Below are positions 12,809 to 24,000 of a stretch of 64,000 nt of DNA, in pieces (position 1 is the first letter of the stretch; each line of letters opens with the position of its first letter). The stretch is from Trichoplax adhaerens. Taxonomy: Eukaryota > Animalia > Placozoa. The notes below the pieces were generated by a model. The model was not told the origin of the DNA. It was given only the letters and a program-made list of their open reading frames with translations, and ran no database searches. The position numbers and the translations under genes are program-made. The stretch spans positions 3,671,183 through 3,735,182 of the forward strand of contig NW_002060948.1 in NCBI RefSeq assembly GCF_000150275.1, written 5' to 3'.

Positions 12809-13514
12809 AGTGGCGGATATTGCTGAACCTGATGGGATTGATGTTTGTAGCAATTCTACAGTTTTTTATTGTCTTTATTTAGTGCTTCAAATAACGAATC
12901 ACAACAAGCATATGAACTCAATGTACTGTATCATCAATTTTCTCATCAAAGTTTAGTATGTAACAGAAGCATCATGGAATGCCGTATTTATGATGTACTT
13001 ACTGCGTGGCTTTATGCGGCCCAAGTTTGTTAATTAGCTTATGAAGTTACTATAAATGTGATATTTATTTGATGTTCTGAAAAATAGATAAATACGTACT
13101 CTCTATGTAATATACTAATATTATTGAAGGCTCATACGATTTCCCAAAAAAGTGATGACATGTAAATACACTATTCTTTTTAGTTTTGCGACGCGACTAA
13201 CTGCTAGTGAAACGTTAATAATATATGAACTATTTACTATTTATGCAGTAGCTGGATTCATTGATTATTATAAACTGCACCTATACCTTTTATAGATGTG
13301 AACGTGCACTGAAGAAACTCGTCAATCTAAATTAATAAATTAAGCTGCTAACATTTTCTGGAATGCTTTGCACAAAAGATTGAAATGCACAGTACAATTT
13401 GGTTATGTATGTGATGGTGAATCCAACCAACGCTTGTTGCTTATTTAACTATATATAATCATTAGATTAAACACCGTCAATTTGTTTGCTACGAATTGAT
13501 AGTCAACCATACAA

Positions 13515-13880
13515 GTCTAATATGCACTTTGATGTCATTAAGAACAATAATTACTCGATATACAGGTTTACGGCAACTTATAATAATTACATTTTTACGA
13601 TGCAAGTTAGCTGTTTTCAAAACCTCTACAAGCTAAAGCTAGTTCCAAGCGTATTTCATTTTATTTTCCATTCAACTACAACAGTTCATCGAGTATCGAT
13701 GATTACGCTTTGATCCCATTAAGAACAATAACTCGATATACAGGTTTACGGCAACTGATTTTTACGGTCCAAGTTAGCTGTTTTCAAAACCTCTACAACA
13801 AGCTAAAGTTAGTTTCAAGCGTATTTCATTTTATTTCCCATTCAACCACAACAGTTAATCGAGTATCAATGATTACATCG
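13515..13880. repeat. Tandem duplication of about 170-200 bp
   Basis: CATTAAGAACAATAA..ACTCGATATACAGGTTTACGGCAACT...CAAGTTAGCTGTTTTCAAAACCTCTACAA...ATCGAGTATC.ATGATTAC occurs twice; explains the two similar short ORFs 13486 and 13710. Confidence 0.92.
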
Positions 13881-14579
13881 CTGAATCCCAAAAAACGAAT
13901 CGCTATTTAAAATGACTTGTCGAATTAAAAAATTACTCATACAGTGCATCGCATTGATGATAGCTAAGACATTGTTAGTTACTAATATACAGTACTAAAG
14001 CATTGTTCAACAACAGCTTAAAAAACAGCGATACTAAAAACCAAATATAGTAGTGCCAATAGAATAGAATAGACTGATACATGAAGAAGTATGGCTCGGC
14101 AGCTAATAATTATTATCATAGCTCACAATGTATGTTTTTATCACTTCTGCATTTCGATATAGCTGCAGAGTTCGTCAAGATAATAATGATCAAGATGACA
14201 GTATTTCTACGAGTAGAATATACAGTAGTATAAAATGACAGTGCATTAACAAGGTTACTAAACTAGTTCATAGGCGGTACATTTTCGTAGTAAAGATAGC
14301 TCAAGTGAATGACATCATGAACCAATATGGGCATCATACAATGCACGACTATTTTACTATTCTTTGAAGTTAATCCATCTAATTCAAAGAATAATAACAA
14401 ACTAAGATGAAATTAACATTTGAACATTGAAAGTCAAAAATATCAGATACAGGAAAAAGTTCCAGCCTTTCACAACAGACAACAACGTAAATATACATGA
14501 ATGTAATACGATGCAAATACTACTATAGCACGAATTACGATAATTTATGGTGTCGATACTGTTTGTCAAAACAGGTTCG

Positions 14580-17500
14580 TTAGTCAACAATTTCCAAACT
14601 AATCTCTTCTCGTTTACCATCATTTGCCCAGGTGCTTGCTCTAACTTCTTCCGAATCATTGCAAACTATAATCAATCGATACATTTGCAGCAGCAGAATT
14701 AAAATATTTTTAGCGGTGAAAAAGAGAAGCATTGGGCTCATCACTCCGAGATAAAGCAAATAGAATCGAAGTGCTAAGAAAGGACAGTCTTGCATGATAA
14801 GAGCGGTCAATGGAGTTACAATTTCAGGATGGCAACATCCTATAGCACTAGCATCTTCCGATCGCGTTCGTCTGACAGAGTTATTACTACCCATTTCGTC
14901 AGGTCTTACATGAACACGACTGCCTTTGGTATTTGATTTAAAAGATACATAGACCACCGTATACTGCAGCAGGCTCCAACTCCAAGCCGCCATGATAACC
15001 ATAACCAATAACCGATTGGATCTGACAATGGGTTCTTTAAATGTCTCAAATAACTCGATAATATCCGCAGCAGTACCAATATAGATTAAAAGTAACTGCG
15101 ATCGCTGATTGCGAGACAACTTGCCAAGTGGAGCGAGCCATCTTCCGATAATAAGGATGAAAAGAGTTCCTTGTTCAACGGCCAGCAACCAATTTTCCTT
15201 CTGTTGTAGTGCGCTATACAACTACGTGTGTAATTATAGTAATTTAACGTTAGTATCAAGACTTTATATTGCAATTGGCTTTTCATTTATTTCAGCTAAA
15301 ACAATCTATTCAGCAACTTATTTTCTTTTTGTTGTACAAGGCTTCCTTAGAATTGACTATTTATCTATTGAAGCTAAAGTAATGGACAATGAAGCAGGCC
15401 ATTTTCTTTCTGTTGTAGCGCTGCATATCACTACGTGAACGAAGTGGATCTATACAGTAGAGTGAAAGTATGGCAATGTACCGTTATTAATATCAAGGCT
15501 TCCTTGGAATGGACTGTTTATTTATGCAATACGTAGTAAGCTAAAGCAATCGCCATTGCAAGCCGCCCATTTTCTTTGTGTTTTAGCGCTGCATATCACT
15601 ACGTGAACGAAGTGGATCTATACAGTAGAGTGAAAGTATGGCAATGTACCGTTATTAATATCAAGGCTTCCTTGGAATGGACTGTTTATTTATGCAATAC
15701 GTAGCAAGCTAAAGCAATCGCCATTGCAAGCCGCCCATTTTCTTTGTGTTTTAGCGCTGCATATCACTACGTGAACGAAGTGGATCTATACAGTAGAGTG
15801 AAAGTATGGCAATGTACCATTAGTATCAAGGCTTCCTTGGAATGGACTGTTTATTTATGCAATACGTAGCAAGCTAAAGCAATCGCCATTGCAAGCCACC
15901 CATTTTCTTTGTGTTGTAGCGCTGCATATCACTACGTGTACGATGTGTATACGCCTATATACAGTATAGTAAAAGTGTGGCAATATACCGTTATTCATGT
16001 CAAGGCTTCCTTGGAATGGACTGTTTATTTATGTAATGCGTAGTAAGCGTAAGCAATCGCCATTGCAAGCCGCCCCTTTTCTTTCTGTTGTAGCGCTTCA
16101 TGTATCTACGTGTACAACGTGTATCTATGCAGTATAGTGAAAGTATGGCAATGTAGCGTTCGTTGGAATGGACTTTTTATGCACTAATACGTAGTAAGCT
16201 AAAGCAATCACAATTGCAAGCCAGCCATTTTCTTTTTGTTCTTGTGCAGCATACAACGGCACGTAGACAACTAGTGATAGTAATCTATCTTGAGTATCAG
16301 GCCTTCTTGGAAATTGACTGTTAACCTATTTAATAAGCTAAAGCAATCCATGTCAGCAAGCCATTTTCTTTCTATTCATTCTCGTATGTCATTCAAAATT
16401 ACTTGTAATTAACTGTTGATTAATTTGTAAATCATTCCCACTTGCAGTTTAGCAACGCAAGTAAACTACTACAGTAATGTTGAGTAGGTTAGTCTATACA
16501 AGACTGAATTAATATTTATACAGAATAATACTCATTAATTTTTCCTTTATAATAATGATCATTTACTTGGAAGCGCACAGCGAGCCATTACTGTACCATA
16601 CGACACACAAAGGTAAAATGAAAAAATAAGCATCACAATAGGGGTTGTTTTTTATTCTCTAGTATTATTCTGGTTATTACGTCCGATCAATGAGAAATTA
16701 CGTCGCCATTTTACCATTTTCCCTGTTTACTGTGACAAATTAGGTCAATTATCATAATTAATAGGGGGAATACAGTAGTTGTAGAGTGAGAAGGTTGATG
16801 ACTAGAGTGTTTTTACGGTTTTACTTTTTTAAATAAGTCCACTGCTGCTACTACTACTACTGTCTGTGGTTCATATCGAGAAGAGAGATTCTTTCTTAAG
16901 TATAGAATAGCGTTAATCTTTCTTAAGTAGAAAATAGCGTTCAACCGTATTGACGAGATGACCACCCAACAGGATTATTGATCAACTGTGTGATTACCGT
17001 CGATATCGAATGACGTACTGTAGACTTAGGATCATATGTAATATACCAGACATATTTTCATGTTGACGAATGAATTATTGGAATATTTTTGATAGGGAAT
17101 GGAGTCATTGGTCACGGACAGTAAATGATGTCCGCGTACGCGTCCATAAAACAACATTGTACTACGGTAGCATACCAACGATATTTCTTTCTTATTCAAT
17201 CAAAAGGAAGTTGAAAAGGGATCGCATGACTGTTATTGCAGTTACAATTGGGCACCCCAAAAAAATAAAAAATCAAGATTAATTAAACAAATTGGTTGGA
17301 AAGTTAGAATGACACACCTGTTGGAATCCAGACGATTGTGGTTGTGATTGAGCCGACTGTTGAGCAGCGAGACATTGTAACGTTAAATTTTGAGCACTAT
17401 CTGCAGCAGAAAGTTCCAATATCCAGACAGAAGGAACAAGTCCACACAAGTAGATGAAAACACTGGGAGAAAACCTGATTGATTAAGAAATGATTGTTAT

Positions 17501-17825
17501 TCAACGTGTTCCGATCAGTTTCAAATATCGTCTCTCTCATTTTTGACGACAGTATTGTGAATTCAGGATAAAAAGAAAAGGAAACAATTCAAGACAATGT
17601 CGTCTGGCATTAGTGCCAAGGTACTCACCATCCAAGATCTCGACCATCTCGAAAGTACAGTGTTATAACACCTTCAACGAGCAATAATGCAATTGAAGTA
17701 GTGAGAGCAAAATAATAAGCATTTCCTGTCTCGCGAAAAACCCGATAGATCGCTAGCGCAGCATGTCCAGCATATAAAGTACGCGCAACGACTCCTTTTA
17801 GTATTCTCCATGTCGTATTGCCCAT
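14580..17825 (-). CDS. TMEM26: TMEM26-family multipass membrane protein (3 coding exons)
   Basis: Exons 17629-17825, 17318-17474, 14580-15221 splice in phase; motifs WFSPSVFIYL...PSVWILEL, EQ..L.ILIIGRWL.P.G.LSRNQRSQLLLIYIGTAADIIE, WSWSLLQ, QD.PFL.LR, FFTAKNILILLLQ.YR. Confidence 0.88.
15290..16380. repeat. Tandem array, about 6 copies of a ~168-bp unit, in TMEM26 intron 2
   Basis: GCATATCACTACGTG...TATACAGTA...CAAGGCTTCCTTGGAATGGACTGTT...GCTAAAGCAATCGCCATTGCAAGCC recurs with periods of about 164-175 bp; the unit includes a copy of the exon-3 acceptor region. Confidence 0.95.
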
Positions 17826-18129
17826 TGCGAAGTCAGAATATAATCAAGCGTTGGTTTCTCAATCAGTCAATCCAATGGTCAATGGTGAAAGGCAATATCG
17901 CAAGCAGTGATCGTCAGCCGATGGATAAGAATGAATAGGAAAGGATTGAATAAATCAATGGCTGCAGCCAACACTGGTTAATTGTACAGTAAAGTGAAAA
18001 AGGAAGTAAAAAGGCAAAGCTATTGCAAGCGAAAAAGCGACAGGCCGCTCGCTAGTAAGGAGAAAATACAGCCTACGGTTTGTTTGCTATTTTAATACTT
18101 TGCCGCATCTACAGATGGACAGGCAGACT

Positions 18130-18560
18130 GCAGATGGTGCGCCAATGAACAGTGTACTGAGTATTTGACCATGCCTGTACAGTGTACAGTACACAGTGTA
18201 CAGTACAGTACGGTAGTCATCCCAAAACAAGCAATCTCATTTCATTGGTCAAAGTGTCATGATGTCATCTCACTACTGTATATGTCACTATAGACTCATT
18301 GGCCAAAGGGTCATGACGTCATCACACTCCTGTCATGTACACTTGTACAGTGTACAGTACAGTAGTGTGCAGGATGAGAAAATACTGTACTGTACACTGT
18401 GGGATACGGATACAGTACCTAGTTTGGGCCAATGAGAATCAGAGTACTGTACAGTACACTAGAGACCCTGTACTGTACAGTACTGTACACTGTACAGTAT
18501 GAGTCTACAGTATGGTGTACTGTACGGTGTACAGTGTACAGTACGCTAGTATACTCGGTG
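18130..18560. promoter_or_regulatory. Putative TMEM26 promoter with CCAAT boxes, CRE-like TGACGTCA and dense TACTGTA/TACAGTA cluster
   Basis: CCAAT/ATTGG at about 18141, 18244, 18298 and 18429; TGACGTCA at about 18314; many overlapping ACAGTACTGTACAGT motifs, 300-700 bp upstream of the ATG. Confidence 0.5.
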
Positions 18561-18633
18561 ATAGCCATGAAGGTCTGTGAAAATGCAATGTCTTGGAATA
18601 AAATGTCTTTCTACTTCCAGTATACCGTAGACT

Positions 18634-18720
18634 GAGACGAGAGAGAGAGAGAGAAAGCTGTTTCAGAGAAGAGAACTTGATTACTCTGAAGTTCATCAGG
18701 TACAAGATAGAGAGAGAGAC
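18634..18720. repeat. Imperfect (GA)n microsatellites
   Basis: GAGACGAGAGAGAGAGAGAGA at about 18634-18654 and AGAGAGAGAGAC at about 18709-18720. Confidence 0.7.
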
Positions 18721-19839
18721 AGACAGTACTGCTACACAGAGAAAGGATTCTGAACCCAATACGCTAACACACATGATTGGTAGATAAGTGGGCAATAATA
18801 TTCCATGTCTCACTGGGAAATGATGATACTGTACAGAGTACAACTATTTCTTCAAATGCACTATACTCCAGTGTTGTCAGTCCAGTGCAGTCCTTGTAAC
18901 TTTCTTCTTTTTTGTCGACCGCAAGTGATACACTAATACAAATCATGTTATTACTCCTACTGTACAGTGTACACTACTAGTATGGCACAACGTCGTGTTT
19001 TGATTTATAGTCCGTCGGCAAGAATACCACAAGAAAGAGCTAGTTACATCGAAGAATACAGCGTATCGATGTCACCTATCGACAGTATCTCCTTTTTTTT
19101 AGATAATTCGACTGCAAACAGTGTATCTAGGAAGCATATCCATGTCACCTATCTACCTGTTTTTGGGGGAGATAATCCAACTGCAAATTTTCTTTTTCAT
19201 GTACAGTATTGCTTTGTGCAGACTATGTTCCTGTTCAAATTGCCATATTACACTACACAACAGGCATAGTACAGTCAGTATACAGTACTATAGTCCTCAG
19301 CGTTGTGTATACAGAGTGTGTACTGTACTAGAGACTGCTAAAATGAAAGAGACGAGACAGGAAACGCTAGTTGGCTATACTAATCATGTTCAGACTGATT
19401 CCATTAACTGGCCATTTCAACTGTATTTTACGGTACACTGGCTGCGATTGACGTGGCAATGAGCTGCTATGAGCCTGCAACGTTGATTTTGTGCAGTATA
19501 GTATAACGTTTTATCGATAGTGTAGAGTAGAATGAGCATAAAAATGATAAGCCTGCACATTCTTTGTGCCCTGTGGTCGTCGTTTCCTGTCGCATCTCTT
19601 TCTTTTTGGATTAGTCCGTTGTCGAGGTCTGGCGAATTCTTCTTCTTCTTCTTATGACGTTAGCTGGAGATGAACAATCTGTACAGCGCAGGTCTGTCTG
19701 GTCTGTCTTTGTTGCAGCCTGGACAGTACGATAAGCTGCGTACTTTGTACTCTAACAAGGTACTCAGTACAGTGTCTACCGGCAAAATATGGGTAGAAAC
19801 GTACTGTACTGTACACTGTACAGTACTGTACAGTACTGT

Positions 19840-20895
19840 ACAGTAGGCAAAACAATGATCGTACAGTACGGTACTCAGTCGATTCACAGTACTGTACTGT
19901 ACGACTGAAGCCTACAATACTGTACAGTCCATTAGTGAATGGGGCTCAAGTTGATTGAATCACAAAACAACGATCGTACAGCACCGTAGTCAGTCGACTT
20001 ACAATGTGTACTGTCACTACTGTGCGACTGAAGCCACAATACAGTCCATTACAGTAGTGAATGAGGCTCAAGTTGATTGAAGACCTTCGACAGGTGTAAT
20101 TGTAGTCAGTCGACTCACGCACCAAAACAACGATCATACTGTACTTTAGTCAGTCGACTCACTGTACAGTAGTGTGCGACTGATGCCTACAATACAGTTC
20201 ATTAGTGCATGAGGCTCAAGTTGATTGAAGCGCAAAACAACGATCGGACCGTTATGTACAGTACACTGTACTCAGTCGACTCAGTGTACTGTGCATACTA
20301 CAATACTGTACAGTCCGTTCGTGAATGAGACCCAAGTTGATTGAAGCGCAAAACAACGATCGTATCGTACTGTAGTCAGTCGACTCAGCGTGCGCCTGAA
20401 GGCTACAAGACAGCCCATTAGTGAATGAGACCCAAGTTGATTGAAGCGCAAAACAACGATCGTACTGTGCTGTACTGTATAGTACTGTAGTGAGTCGACT
20501 CAGTGTGCGCCTGAAGTCTACAAGACAGTCCATTAGTGGAGTGAATGGAAGCCCAAGTTGATTGAAGTGCAAAACAACGATCGTATCGTACTGTACAGTA
20601 CTGTAGTCAGTCGACTCAGTGTACAGTACATTGCGACTGAAGCCTACAATACAGTCCCTTAGTGAATGAGGCTGAAGTTGATTGAAGCGCAAAACAACGA
20701 TCGTATCGTACTGTAGTCAGTCAGTCGACTCAGTGTGCGCCTGAAGCCTACTGTACAGTCCATTAGTCAATGAGACCCAAGTTGATTGAAGCGCAAAACA
20801 ACGATCGCATCGTAGTGTAGTGAGTCGACTCAGTGTGCGCCTGAAGGCTACAATAACAGTCCATTAGTGAATGAAGCCCAAGTTGATTGAAGCGC
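19840..20895. repeat. Minisatellite, 9 copies plus a degenerate one of a 100-148 bp unit, upstream of VAMP
   Basis: Anchor (C/G)AAGTTGATTGAA at about 19947, 20069, 20217, 20333, 20433, 20554, 20674, 20778, 20879, followed in most copies by GCGCAAAACAACGATCG and AGTCGACTCAGTG. Confidence 0.95.
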
Positions 20896-21019
20896 ATTTT
20901 ACCCACAATCCAAGCATACAAAATCTTGTTTGTAGTGGCGTCCAACATCATCTTGATTGATTTTTAGTTGCTATCTTAACGGGAGAAGACATCCATTTAC
21001 AATCAATTTATCTGCAAGG

Positions 21020-24000
21020 ATGGCGGACAAAGATATAAAGTAAGTTGGAAATGTTGTAGCGTAATGATGGATGGATTGATTGATGGCCACGCGTATTGTG
21101 CGTTGATGCTTTAACACGGCTACCATCGGTAGCGATGTTGACGATGAAGTTGGGTTGCAGTGGTGTCGACAACGTTTATCCCCACTGCTTCTTCCTCCGT
21201 TGGACGAGTCGATCTTATTTGACAAGGTTGATCATCATGATTGATTTTTCAACGTACGATGGATGCCATGGCATAGCCAGTTAGGCAGCCAATGCGTTGT
21301 TACAGATCATGAGTATGTCGACACTTTCGCCAATCGATGTATCTTGCTGGATACAGATCAATTGATATCAACGACAATCCACATCAATTTAGAGTATTGG
21401 ACTTGACCCAAGGCTATGGAAATACTTTCCATAGCCTATCCTACATGTTAGACTCATCATTGCTGATCGCATGATGAGTCGCTTCTTTCAACAGGATAAC
21501 TTCTTTCCCATGGATGTCCTGTACCATGGGTAGGAAAGACTTCAAATCAATCCATTCTCCCTAACCCAATCGTCAACCATTTGCAACCATCATCCTCAAT
21601 CAGTTACAAATACATTGAAAGGTAGACGGGATCAAAAAATCCCTATTCATCCACAGTCTCCATCTTGCTACCGTCATCAACCTCCAACTAGAAATCATCA
21701 AGCGATCCCTTTAATTACAGACATCAAACCACCAGTATTAGTGATCGTACAACAGCTGCAACCCACAAGTCAAAGAATCACCTTTTCATCAAGTTGAAAT
21801 GATTGATTTCACTTGTTTGTACGGCAAACAACAGTCCAACATGGAAAAAAAAAGGCAATCTACAACTCCAATGCAAGCCATGTCATACTCAATCGATAGC
21901 CTAATGCTCTACTTTTTCTTCATTTATAAACCCTACCATGACCATTATCCATAACTAGTTTTTCCCTTTTACCCAATAGCAACCTACTGTACTGGTCTAC
22001 TGGATAGTCGGCGGTACTCTTTGCTTTTTCCATTCACTCACTCAGCGTACTGTAGACAGCGCAATGGATAGACTTGAAAATGATTTATATAAAAAAAAAA
22101 GCAATCACTATGTTAGGATCGCTGACAGCTGCAGTCGGTATATCAACGCACCCATTCTCCTCCTCGACTAAAACAGACACAGTACAAACGTTATGCTAGA
22201 TGGTCTACTTTTCCCTCATGGAAAATTCCATTTTACCCATCAACTTTATTCCAATCATTTCCTGCCCGCTAACGCCATATTCCCTCCATATTCCAGTGAG
22301 GCAAAAGAATAGAACAACAGTGCACTTATTGTGTGATTGAACTATTCTTCTAGCATGAGGCTTGAATAAGGAGATTGATTCTACAGTATTGTACTTTTTT
22401 TTTTAAACTACCTATGGGTCAAATTTTCCATTTGCATCCTCCACTAAAATGACAACACAACCTCGTTTATCCAATATTGTGTAATAGTATTCACCTCTTT
22501 TTCCCCTTCTGTCATCCAATTAGGCAAAGTAAGCGACTACAGCAAACTCAAGCGCAAGTTGATGAGGTAAGATGCTGTTTTTGTTACTAAACTTGAAGAA
22601 TACTGTCATACATAATGTATCTCTATCACCAACATGATCGTCAAAATATGTTCAATTCTTTTCCCATTTGGACTTGCTATTGTCGACAAAGTACGGACGT
22701 ACGGAGAGGATTGCGTCCATCTTGTAGTCAATACAATCCATTTTTTTTTCCCCCCCCCCCCCCTACCATTCGGTAAGTATTTTTGAAACGAAATCAAGTA
22801 TCTATTATCGTCTGGTACTTGTCGATACAAGAATGTACAAATGCTTGATAGCCTCTCGTTGTAAAAGCAATTTTCGTCTGTTGACTGTTTCGTATTTTAG
22901 GGGGGGGGGAATTTTTTTTATTTTTTTATTGACTTTATCCCTGTATGATGATGATGATGATATTGGAGATGATACTTTCAAACTGCAGGCCTATCGATAC
23001 CCCTTGTAGTACTCCAATTTACAAAGGACAGCAATCTCTCTCTACGCAATTTTATCCAAATGATGATGATGCAGTGGACTTAAACAAGATAATCTTGAGT
23101 TTACAACTTGCAGTAAGGAAATGATTGCAGTTCCAATACCCAATAAGTACGTAATGATCAATTACTCAAGTAGTCATTGCACTTTTCAAGCACTTGGCCT
23201 TGGACACAACTTTTAGTCTATATTCAGCCAATACACTACTAAACTTGGACAACATCGACTGTGGCAGCAAACACTCCGCCATACATCACAGTCCAGCATA
23301 ATGTAGTCAATCATACTCAATTAAGTCTATTATTCACAGTCAATCCGTCTGTTGATGATGTGCATAATGAACTCGATCTCTTCCTTCCAATTTCTTCCCT
23401 TCGCCATCCGATGAAAGCGGTCAAAAATGGCGCTCTCTATTTTGGCTGGAATAGTGCTACACTAGAGTGGAAATCAACTTACATCCAACATCGACTTTTG
23501 CGCGACAGCAACTATTGTCTTATCGTGGTAGTAACTCGATTACTAAAGACTTGGCACGGCATAGGATTTGCACCTTGACGAAGGCTATTATTGATCATCG
23601 TGTCCGTCCGAAATTCTCAAGGGACAAAACAGTATAGAGAAAAGAAACTACAGTACGCTACTTGAACTGCTACCAACGAAAAAATGGAAAACTACAAGGC
23701 CTTGCATTTTCTTTCATGATCACTTCCTTATTCGGTCATAATGAATCATCATCGATGATGTCAAATACATCAACGTCCCCAGTAGTTAAATTGGAAAGAA
23801 TGAATGATTCCTCCTATGAATAAACCGTCCTATTTTGATAATGAGGATTTCGCCATTGGTGACTAAAATCGATGCTGGCGTGTGCCATAAAATGCAACAT
23901 TCATACTACAACATGCATGAAAATCCATTTTAACACGCTATACTTTGTGTACAGTATGTTGAAACACCATGATGGATGTTCATGTCGTAGTCCTCTAACA

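Noticed and set aside
19840-20895. CRISPR-like appearance (constant ~30-nt block separated by variable-length segments)
   Set aside because: The intervening segments are homologous to each other rather than unique spacers, there are no cas genes, and the context is eukaryotic.
18432-20951. Numerous Y/S/T/V/C-rich short ORFs
   Set aside because: They are translations of the TACTGTA motif and the minisatellite.
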